From an uncultured Actinomycetes bacterium (GTDB lineage Bacteria; Actinomycetota; Acidimicrobiia; Acidimicrobiales; JACCXE01): DNA of 64,000 nt. A model generated the notes under the pieces. It saw nothing but the letters and a program-made list of their open reading frames with translations, was not told the origin of the DNA and ran no database searches. Positions 17,628 to 25,197 of this stretch are shown piece by piece (position 1 is the first letter of the stretch; each line of letters opens with the position of its first letter). The stretch covers positions 306,015-370,014 of the forward strand of contig CAVRKD010000001.1 in NCBI GenBank assembly GCA_963722185.1, given 5' to 3'. The translations under genes were made by a program, and so were the position numbers.

Positions 17628-19450
17628 TGGTGCCGTCGATGGTGCGCGAGGAGCGACTCGACCCCGGCGACCGCTCCAAGGTCTTCAAAAGGCTGTGGAA
17701 GTCGCTCAAGCCCTACCGCGGCCGCGTCTACCTGGCGTGGGCGCTGGTGATCACGCAGACCGCCGCGACGCTCGCCGGCCCAGCGCTGGTGCGGTGGGGC
17801 ATCGACCGCGGGGTCGCCAGCAAGAACCTCTCGGCGCTCAACGTCGCCGCGTTCTGGTACCTCATGGCGACGGTGACCATCTACGTCGCCGGGCGCGCGG
17901 CGATCCTCACTATGGCCCGCGTCGGCGAATCGTTCCTGCGCGACCTACGCGAGCGCGTGTTCCGGCACGTCAGCCACCTGTCGCTCGACTACTACGAGCG
18001 CAACCGCACCGGCGTCATCGTCAGCCGCGTCACCGCCGACGTCGACGCGATGCAGGAACTGGTCGGCCAGGGCCTGTCGACCTTCATCGTGAGCGGCCTG
18101 CTGTTCGTCGGCGCCTGCATCGTGATGGTGGCCATGAGCTGGCAGCTGGCCTTGGCCTGTCTGTTCCTCGTGCCGATCGTGATCCGCGCCAGCGTCTGGT
18201 ACCGCAACGCGTCCAATGTCGCCTACCTGGCAGTGCGCGACAGCATCGGCCAGACGCTCACCGCGCTCCAGGAAGGCATCGTCGGCGTGCGCGTCATCCA
18301 GGCGTTCCGCCAGGAGCCAACCCGCGCCGACCGCTTCAGCGTGGTCAACCAGGCCCAGCTCCGCGCCCAGATGCGCACCGAGAAACTCGCCGCGCTCTAT
18401 TTCCCCGTCATCGACATGAGCCAGGGCATCGCCATGGTGGCCATCCTGCTGCTCGGCGGATTCCTCGCCGACCAGGGCAGCATCACCATCGGCGTGGTCG
18501 TCGCCTTCGTGCTGTACATGCAGAACCTGTTCGAGCCGATCCAGCAGCTCTCGCAATTGTTCGCGCAACTCCAGGCCGCCGGCGCGGCGTTGAAGAAGCT
18601 GTTCGGCCTGCTCGACGAGGTGCCGTCGGTCGACGAGCGCCCGGGCGCCGTCGAGTTGCCGACCTCCGGTGGCATCGACGTACACAACGTGTCGTTCCAC
18701 TACGGCGACGACGGCCCACCGGTGCTCTCCGACGTGTCGCTCTCGGTGCGCCCCGGCGAACGGCTCGCGCTCGTCGGCCCGACCGGCGCCGGCAAGTCCA
18801 CGCTGGCGAAGCTCATCTCGCGCTTCTACGACCCGAGCGAAGGCAGCATCACCTTCGGCGGCGTCGACCTGCGCGACGCCACGCTGGCCTCGCTGCGCAA
18901 GCGCATGGTCGTCGTGCCCCAGGAGGGCTTCCTTTTCTCCGGCACGGTGCGCGACAACCTGCGCATCGGCAAGCCCGACGCCACCGACGACGAGATCCTC
19001 GCGGCGCTCGAGCGCTACGACCTGCGCGACCGCATCGGCTCGTTCACCGCCGGGCTCGACACCGTGGTCAACGAGCGCGGCGCCAACTTCTCCGCCGGCG
19101 AGCGCCAGCTCATCTCCATCGCTCGCTGCGCGCTGGCCGACCCGGCGGTGATGGTGCTCGACGAAGCCACGTCGTCACTCGACCTCGGCACCGAGCTACT
19201 GATCGAGCAGGCGCTCGACCGGCTGATGGAAGGCCGCACGGTCATCGTGATCGCCCACCGCCTCACCACGGCCGAACGCGCCGACCGCGTGGCGGTGTGC
19301 GACGACGGCCGGTTGGTGGAACTTGGCACCCACGCCGAACTGGTGGCGAAGGGCGGCGCCTACGCCGCGCTGTACGCCGCCTGGATCGGCGAGGAGAGCG
19401 AGCAGTCGGCGGCCTCCCCAGCTGGGACCGCCAACTCGCTCACCGCCTAG
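17624..19450 (+). CDS. ABC exporter half-transporter (TMD-NBD), consensus-site partner
   Basis: GTGATG junction with the upstream gene. Walker A GPTGAGKST, non-canonical signature FSAGERQ, Walker B MVLDEATS, H-loop IAHR. Confidence 0.9.
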   Translation: MMVPSMVREERLDPGDRSKVFKRLWKSLKPYRGRVYLAWALVITQTAATLAGPALVRWGIDRGVASKNLSALNVAAFWYLMATVTIYVAGRAAILTMARVGESFLRDLRERVFRHVSHLSLDYYERNRTGVIVSRVTADVDAMQELVGQGLSTFIVSGLLFVGACIVMVAMSWQLALACLFLVPIVIRASVWYRNASNVAYLAVRDSIGQTLTALQEGIVGVRVIQAFRQEPTRADRFSVVNQAQLRAQMRTEKLAALYFPVIDMSQGIAMVAILLLGGFLADQGSITIGVVVAFVLYMQNLFEPIQQLSQLFAQLQAAGAALKKLFGLLDEVPSVDERPGAVELPTSGGIDVHNVSFHYGDDGPPVLSDVSLSVRPGERLALVGPTGAGKSTLAKLISRFYDPSEGSITFGGVDLRDATLASLRKRMVVVPQEGFLFSGTVRDNLRIGKPDATDDEILAALERYDLRDRIGSFTAGLDTVVNERGANFSAGERQLISIARCALADPAVMVLDEATSSLDLGTELLIEQALDRLMEGRTVIVIAHRLTTAERADRVAVCDDGRLVELGTHAELVAKGGAYAALYAAWIGEESEQSAASPAGTANSLTA

Positions 19451-19466
19451 ATACTGCTGGCTGATC

Positions 19467-19515
19467 CTTTTGGTGATGCGTGGTGAGGGTCTTTCTCACT
19501 AGGCATCACCAAAAG
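19467..19515. terminator. Bidirectional terminator hairpin
   Basis: Perfect 13-bp arms CTTTTGGTGATGC / GCATCACCAAAAG. The inner segment pairs further (GGTGAG/CTCACT). It lies between convergent stops at 19450 and 19520. Confidence 0.7.
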
Positions 19516-19519
19516 CGAA

Positions 19520-20953
19520 TTAGGCCGGGTCTTTGACGCGGCCCGGGTCTTTGTACACGATGCGAGTCTGCAATTCGCTGTAGCCGTCGAGGCCGGCGTT
19601 GCCGTTGGAACGGCCGACGCCTGAGGACTTGGAGCCACCGAAGGGCACGTGCGGCGCCACCTCGATGTGGTTGTTCACCGACGCCGTGCCGCACTCGAGG
19701 CGAGCGGCGATCTCGGCGCCGCGGGCCACGTCGCTCGTCCACACCGAACCGTCGAGGCCGTACTCCGTGGAGTTGGCTTGCTCGATCGCCCACTCGAGGT
19801 CGCTGTAGGGAATCACCGGGAGGACGGGGCCGAACTGCTCCTCGTCGACGATGCGCATGCCGGCCTTCACGTTGGTGAGGATGGTCGGCGGATAGAAGAA
19901 GCCCTCACGGTCGACGGGCGCGCCGCCGGTCATCGCCTTGGCGCCTTGCTCGATGGCCTCGTCGACCAACTCGATCACGCGCTCGTACTGCGGACGGGTG
20001 CCGAGCGGGCCCATGTTGCCGCCCTCTTCGACCGGTGCCGGCGTCGACAGTCCGGCGAACGCCACGAGCTCGTCGACGAACGCGTCGTAGATCGACTCGG
20101 GCACGAACACCCGCTTGACCGCCGCGCAGATCTGGCCCGTGCCGCCCATGGCCGCGCCGTAGATCGACGGGGCGACCTTCTTGATGTCGATGTCGTCGAG
20201 GATGATGGCGGCGTCGTTGCCGCCGAGCTCCATGACCATGTTCTTGAGCGGCGCCGCGGAGGCGATCGCCTTGCCGGCGGCCACCGAACCGGTGAAGCCG
20301 ATCAGGCGGGTCGTCGGGTGCGCCACCATGGCCGCGCCGAGGTCCTTGCCGCCGGCGAGGATGTTGACCACGCCCGGCGGCACGATGTCTTTCCACGCCT
20401 GCGCGACGACGAGCGTGCCGAAGGGCGTGAACTCCGACGGCTTGCCGACGACGGTGTTGCCCACGAGCAGTGCCGAGAAGATCTCTTCGCACAGGATCAG
20501 CACCGGCGCGTTCCACGGCGCGATGCAGGCGGCGACGCCGACGGGCTTGCGCACCAACGAAACGGTCTTGACCTCGTTGTCCTCGATGATGTCGACCGGG
20601 ATTTCCTTCTCGGCCAGGGCCTTGCCCCAGACGCTGCCCATCCACGCTTCGCCGCCGGCGCCGGTGTGGCCCTTCTCGAGCGAGGCGATCTCGTTGATAG
20701 TGGCGAAGTTGTCTTCGATGGCTTGGGCCATCTTGACGATCACTTCGCGGCGCAGCTTCTCGTCGGCCGCCCACGCCGGCAGCGCGGCGGCGGCCGCGGC
20801 CATCGCGGCGTCGACCTCGGCCTGCCCCGCTTCGGGGCACTGGGCGAACACCTGGCCGGTGCCCGGGTTGGTCACGTCGAACGTCTTGCCGTTGGTGACG
20901 ATTTCGCCGTTAATCAGATGGCCCAGGCCACCCACGATCTCTTCTGCCGACAC
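19520..20953 (-). CDS. NAD(P)-dependent aldehyde dehydrogenase
   Basis: About 478 aa from GTG 20953, preceded by a GGGGGG RBS. ALDH motifs FTGS, VMELGGN and an EEQFGPV-type segment. The ORF-track start at 21190 is an extension. Confidence 0.9.
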   Translation of the reverse strand: MSAEEIVGGLGHLINGEIVTNGKTFDVTNPGTGQVFAQCPEAGQAEVDAAMAAAAAALPAWAADEKLRREVIVKMAQAIEDNFATINEIASLEKGHTGAGGEAWMGSVWGKALAEKEIPVDIIEDNEVKTVSLVRKPVGVAACIAPWNAPVLILCEEIFSALLVGNTVVGKPSEFTPFGTLVVAQAWKDIVPPGVVNILAGGKDLGAAMVAHPTTRLIGFTGSVAAGKAIASAAPLKNMVMELGGNDAAIILDDIDIKKVAPSIYGAAMGGTGQICAAVKRVFVPESIYDAFVDELVAFAGLSTPAPVEEGGNMGPLGTRPQYERVIELVDEAIEQGAKAMTGGAPVDREGFFYPPTILTNVKAGMRIVDEEQFGPVLPVIPYSDLEWAIEQANSTEYGLDGSVWTSDVARGAEIAARLECGTASVNNHIEVAPHVPFGGSKSSGVGRSNGNAGLDGYSELQTRIVYKDPGRVKDPA

Positions 20954-21041
20954 TTGGTCTATCCCCCCTGGTGGATGACTGAAACGGGTGCCTATAGTAA
21001 CCACTAGGTCGGCGCCTGTGCCGAGGGAGTGGGGGGAAGCC

Positions 21042-21929
21042 ATGAAGGATCTCAACGGAGCAGTCGCGGTCATCACGGGCGGCGGCAGCCCACGCGGTAT
21101 CGGCCGCGCCACCGGCACGCTGCTGGCGGAGAACGGCGCCAAGTTGGTGCTGGCCGATGTCAATCCGGAGACGCTCGAAGCCACGGTCAAGGACCTGCAA
21201 GGCCAGGGTCACGACGTCATCGGCGTGCCCACCGACGTCAGCGACTTCGCCTCGATGAAGGCGCTCTCCGACGCCGCGTACGACCAGTACGGCAAGGTCA
21301 ACATCGCCTTCCTCAACGCCGGCATCGGCGGGGGCGGCGACCTCTTCAGCGAAGACCTCGAAGGCTGGAACCGTGTCATCGGCGTCAACTACTTCGGCGT
21401 GCTCAACGGCATCAAGGCCTTCGGGCAACGCATGATCGACTCCGGCGAAGAGGGCCACATCCTGGCCACGTCGTCCGGCGCCGGCGCCACGGGTGTCATG
21501 TACACCGGTGCCGGTTACGCCGTCACCAAGCAGGCCGTGTGCACGCTCATGGAGTGCCTTTACGGCCAGCTGCGCGACATGGGCTCCAAGATCAAGGCCA
21601 CGGTCGTGTTCCCGCCGCTGACCAAGTCCAACCTGGCCGGCGACCCCGAGTTCATGACCTTCGTCGCCCAAGGTCTCGAAGCCGGCGGCGTGCCCGCCGG
21701 TCTGGCCGAGCCCGAAGAGGTGGCGCAGTTCGTACTCGAAGCCATCCAGTCAGACAGCTTCTGGGCGCACGGCACCGTCGAGCAGGATGCCCGCATCTCC
21801 GAGGGTCGCCTCAAGACCAACATCGAGTGGGAGCACGACATCCTGCGCGCCCGCGCCGAGGCGCTCATCGCCCGCAGCGCCCCCGACCCCTACCTCTGGG
21901 GCGGCTCGGGCGCGGCTGCACCGAAGTAA
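21042..21929 (+). CDS. Short-chain dehydrogenase/reductase (SDR)
   Basis: ATG 21042 follows a GGGGGGAAG RBS. Rossmann motif ITGGGSPRGIG and catalytic Y in AGYAVTKQAV. Confidence 0.88.
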   Translation: MKDLNGAVAVITGGGSPRGIGRATGTLLAENGAKLVLADVNPETLEATVKDLQGQGHDVIGVPTDVSDFASMKALSDAAYDQYGKVNIAFLNAGIGGGGDLFSEDLEGWNRVIGVNYFGVLNGIKAFGQRMIDSGEEGHILATSSGAGATGVMYTGAGYAVTKQAVCTLMECLYGQLRDMGSKIKATVVFPPLTKSNLAGDPEFMTFVAQGLEAGGVPAGLAEPEEVAQFVLEAIQSDSFWAHGTVEQDARISEGRLKTNIEWEHDILRARAEALIARSAPDPYLWGGSGAAAPK

Positions 21930-21954
21930 CGCCCAACTTCGTTACCGTGACGGC

Positions 21955-24900
21955 GTGGGGGTAGGGGCCGCCGACGGGCACGTAAGCCGCCCGCGGTTGA
22001 CCGAGGTCGTCGACACCAACCGCGTCACGGTTGTCGAGGCGGGAGCAGGCTTCGGCAAGACGGCGTTGGCAGCGGAATGCCAGGACGTGATCCCGGCCAT
22101 CGCAGTGATCACGCGGCTCCAGCCAGACGACGCCGACGCGGACGTGTTCCTCGCGCGGCTGAAACGGGCGTGCGCCCGCGCTGGTCTTTCAGATCTCGCG
22201 TCGGCATCCGACATCGACGACGTCCTCGATCTGCTCGCCGACACGAGCGAGCCCGTGATGCTCGTGCTCGACGACGTGCACAACGTCGGGCCTGAGGTGG
22301 TGGCGATGGTGCTCGAGTTGGCCGCCGGGGTGCCGCGCCCGCATCGACTCCTGGTGCTCGGGCGCACGCTGCCGGATTCAGCCCGCAAGCTGCGCTACGC
22401 CCATGGCGTCATCTGGCTCTCGGCCGACGACCTCGCCTTCGCCCCAACCGAACTCGTCGACGTGCTCGACGCCTGGGGCGTGGCGGGCGACGTCCACTTC
22501 GATGCCGTGCAGCGCGCCACCGGCGGATGGCCCGCCGCCGTGGTGCTGGCGGCCAGGCAACTGGCCCGCGACGGCGACACCGACGCGATCGAACACCTCC
22601 AGGACCCGCGGGCTTCCGTGGCTGAACTGATGCAGATCGTGCTCGGCAACCTCGGGTCGTCCGACCGCGCCGCCGCCGTGCAGCTGGCGCACCTACCCCT
22701 GCTGTCGCCAGGTGTCGTTGCCGAAGTGTTCGCCGACGACGCTCTGTGGACGCGGGTGACCGCGGCCGGGTTGCCGCTCGGAGCGCGGCTCGGGGGCGGC
22801 TACGAGCTTCCGGGCCCGGTCCGGGACTACCTCGAGGGGCTGGGAGGCATAGACGCCGCCGTCGGGCACCGCGCCGCCGCCGCCTACAAGGAGCTGGGCG
22901 AGACCCGAGCCGCGATCGACGTCGTGATGCAAGCGGGCGATCCGGCGGCCGCGGCCGCCAGCATCTCCGATCTTTCCCGCGCCTTGTGGGCGCCGTTCGA
23001 GTTTGCGGAACTGGCAGGGCTCGTCGAGGCGCTGCCCGCCGACGCGATCGACGCACACCCGCGCGTCTTGTTGTATCTCGCCCGCGCCGCGGGACGAGCT
23101 GATCGCTTCGCCCACCGGTACGTCGCGCTCAACCGGCTGGAGCAACTGGCGGCCACTTCGGCCGATGCCGTGCTGCGCGACGAGGTGAACATCGAGATTG
23201 CCTATGACCTCCTGCGCCTGCGCCGCGCCGACGAGGTGCCGGAACGGATAGCCGGCATCGATGCGCGTCTGGGTTCCGACCAGTTGCACGTGCGCGTGCA
23301 ATTCCTCGAGGTGCGTGGCCAGCACGCCTGTCGGACCGACGACTACGCCGAAGGCGAGCGTCTCTTGGAGGAAGCGAAGCGGCTGGCGACTCAGCTCGGT
23401 GACCGCGAACGCGCCGGAATCATCGCCTATCGGCTGGCCACCGAGGTCTACTTCTACGCGGGTCGCATCGAAGACGCGCTGGCGATGGCCAAGGAGAGTC
23501 TCGCTCTGCATTCGGCTCCACTCACCCGGCTCGGCCGCGTCAATCTCGTCGCCGACTTCGCCACCGACCTTGGCTATTACGAGGAGGCCGAGGCCGCGCT
23601 CCGGGAGCAGGCACGGCTCGCGCGGCGGTTTCGTTCCGAGAGATGGACGGCCTACGTCCCCTGGGGGCACGCTCGGATCGCGTCGCAACAAGGCGACACC
23701 GAGCGCACCGTGCGCGCCATCAAGGACGTACTCGACCATCACTCTTCCGACCAGTGGTTCGATACTTTCGAAGGCACGTTCTTCTACTGCGACGCCGCGG
23801 ACATGCTCGACCGCGTCGGGGAGACGGCGTGGGCACGAACGTGCCTTGCCGCCGCCTTCGAAAAGTACGACGGCCACCCGGCGCCGATGATCGACGCGAT
23901 CATCGAAGCGCGCAGCGGCGATCCGAAGCTCGCCGAGGTGAAATTCGCGGCGCTCGACGACATTCGCGACAGCCGGGAGCAATGGCGCCTCGAACTGTTC
24001 CGGGCGCTCGCCGCCTTCCGGCGCGGCGACGTCGACGCGGGCGCGCTGGCCGCCGCGGCGTTCGAGCGCGCCGCGGCCGATGGTCTCGAGACAGCACCGA
24101 TGATCCGCGAGCGCGCCGTCAGCGAGCAACTCGTGGCGCTGGCCGCGGACGCCGGGTCGTTGCTGGCCCGCGAGCTGCTCGCCGGCGACCTGCCGTGGAC
24201 GGTCGCCTTGCTCGGCCCGTTCGAAGTGCGCCGGGGCGGGATGAACGTGACGTTGGCACCGGGCAAACCGACGCAGGCCGTCAAACTGCTGGCCGTGTCC
24301 GGTGGCCGCCTCACCATCGACGAAGTCATCGAGGCGCTGTGGCCCGAGCAAGACCTCGAGGCCGGACGCCGTGGCATTCGCAACCTCTTGAACCGCCTGA
24401 AGCCGACCGCGCCCGGCCTGGTTCGCCGCGACGCCAGTGACCTCGTGCTCAGTCCCACGGTCACGGTCGACGTCGACGCATTCGAAGCCGAAGCGCGTGC
24501 CGCGCTCGCCGCTCCGCCAGGTGACCCGGCACGCTGGGGCGCCGCCCGCGCCGCCATGGCGCGCTATCGGGGTGAACTGCTGCCATCGGATCGCTACGAG
24601 CCGTGGGCGACGCTCCCGCGTGAGCGCGCGCAACGCCGGTTCGGTGAATTGATCGACCTGCTGATCGGTGAGGCTGAGGGGCGCGGCGAGATCGACGAAG
24701 CCGTCCGCCTCTGCGAGCAGGCGATCGAGGTCGACGTCTACGAGGAGCGCCGCTACGTCCGGGCGGCGCGGTTGCTCTCCGACCACGGCCGGCGCACCCA
24801 CGCGCGTGCGGTGGTGGGCCGGGCAGCCGCCGTGCTCAGCGACTTGGGACTAGAGCCGTCCGGCGAGTTGCGCGATCTAACGAAGCTTTTGGCCGTCTAG
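21955..24900 (+). CDS. Large transcriptional regulator: N-terminal P-loop ATPase + helical/TPR-like region + C-terminal SARP module (OmpR-type wHTH + BTAD)
   Basis: Walker A EAGAGFGKTALA and Walker B MLVLDDVHNV. The C-terminus has LLGPFEVRRGG...VIEALWPE...VDVDAFEAE...RYRGELLP...LGLEPSGELRDL, which is typical of SARP/BTAD proteins. The GTG 21955 start is chosen downstream of the SDR stop. Confidence 0.8.
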   Translation: MGVGAADGHVSRPRLTEVVDTNRVTVVEAGAGFGKTALAAECQDVIPAIAVITRLQPDDADADVFLARLKRACARAGLSDLASASDIDDVLDLLADTSEPVMLVLDDVHNVGPEVVAMVLELAAGVPRPHRLLVLGRTLPDSARKLRYAHGVIWLSADDLAFAPTELVDVLDAWGVAGDVHFDAVQRATGGWPAAVVLAARQLARDGDTDAIEHLQDPRASVAELMQIVLGNLGSSDRAAAVQLAHLPLLSPGVVAEVFADDALWTRVTAAGLPLGARLGGGYELPGPVRDYLEGLGGIDAAVGHRAAAAYKELGETRAAIDVVMQAGDPAAAAASISDLSRALWAPFEFAELAGLVEALPADAIDAHPRVLLYLARAAGRADRFAHRYVALNRLEQLAATSADAVLRDEVNIEIAYDLLRLRRADEVPERIAGIDARLGSDQLHVRVQFLEVRGQHACRTDDYAEGERLLEEAKRLATQLGDRERAGIIAYRLATEVYFYAGRIEDALAMAKESLALHSAPLTRLGRVNLVADFATDLGYYEEAEAALREQARLARRFRSERWTAYVPWGHARIASQQGDTERTVRAIKDVLDHHSSDQWFDTFEGTFFYCDAADMLDRVGETAWARTCLAAAFEKYDGHPAPMIDAIIEARSGDPKLAEVKFAALDDIRDSREQWRLELFRALAAFRRGDVDAGALAAAAFERAAADGLETAPMIRERAVSEQLVALAADAGSLLARELLAGDLPWTVALLGPFEVRRGGMNVTLAPGKPTQAVKLLAVSGGRLTIDEVIEALWPEQDLEAGRRGIRNLLNRLKPTAPGLVRRDASDLVLSPTVTVDVDAFEAEARAALAAPPGDPARWGAARAAMARYRGELLPSDRYEPWATLPRERAQRRFGELIDLLIGEAEGRGEIDEAVRLCEQAIEVDVYEERRYVRAARLLSDHGRRTHARAVVGRAAAVLSDLGLEPSGELRDLTKLLAV

Positions 24901-24915
24901 CTCCACGAGACGTCG

Positions 24916-25128
24916 ATGAGACGGCCCACGAGGATCCTGGCCGGCGTGACGATCTCGTTCGTTGTGCTCGTCGTCGCATCGGAGCTCGGTTCCGGCGGCC
25001 TCGTCGGCCGCGTCACCGACGTCGACGCCGGCGTGACCACGGTGTTCCGCACGGCGGACGAACTCGTCGCGTTCCTGCACGGCGCCGCCGTCGAACGCTC
25101 GCCTGCGCGGGCGAAGGACGACGCGTAA
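24916..25128 (+). CDS. Small hypothetical membrane-anchored protein (70 aa)
   Basis: ATG start 16 nt after the regulator stop, with one predicted TM helix (ILAGVTISFVVLVVA). There is no recognisable family, so it may not be expressed. Confidence 0.35.
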   Translation: MRRPTRILAGVTISFVVLVVASELGSGGLVGRVTDVDAGVTTVFRTADELVAFLHGAAVERSPARAKDDA

Positions 25129-25197
25129 GACGCTGGCGAGACGGGCGGTTCCTACCGTGAGATCCACGGGGCAACACCTAAGCGGAAGTAGGGGAAA

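Noticed and set aside
21787-21954. Upstream extension of the regulator ORF overlapping the SDR gene. Similar extensions occur at 15306, 14905, 10463, 6616, 34770, 41812, 47071, 49366 and 49763.
   Set aside because: The extensions lie inside upstream genes in another frame. Downstream in-frame starts coincide with stop/start overlaps or RBS-like purine tracts.
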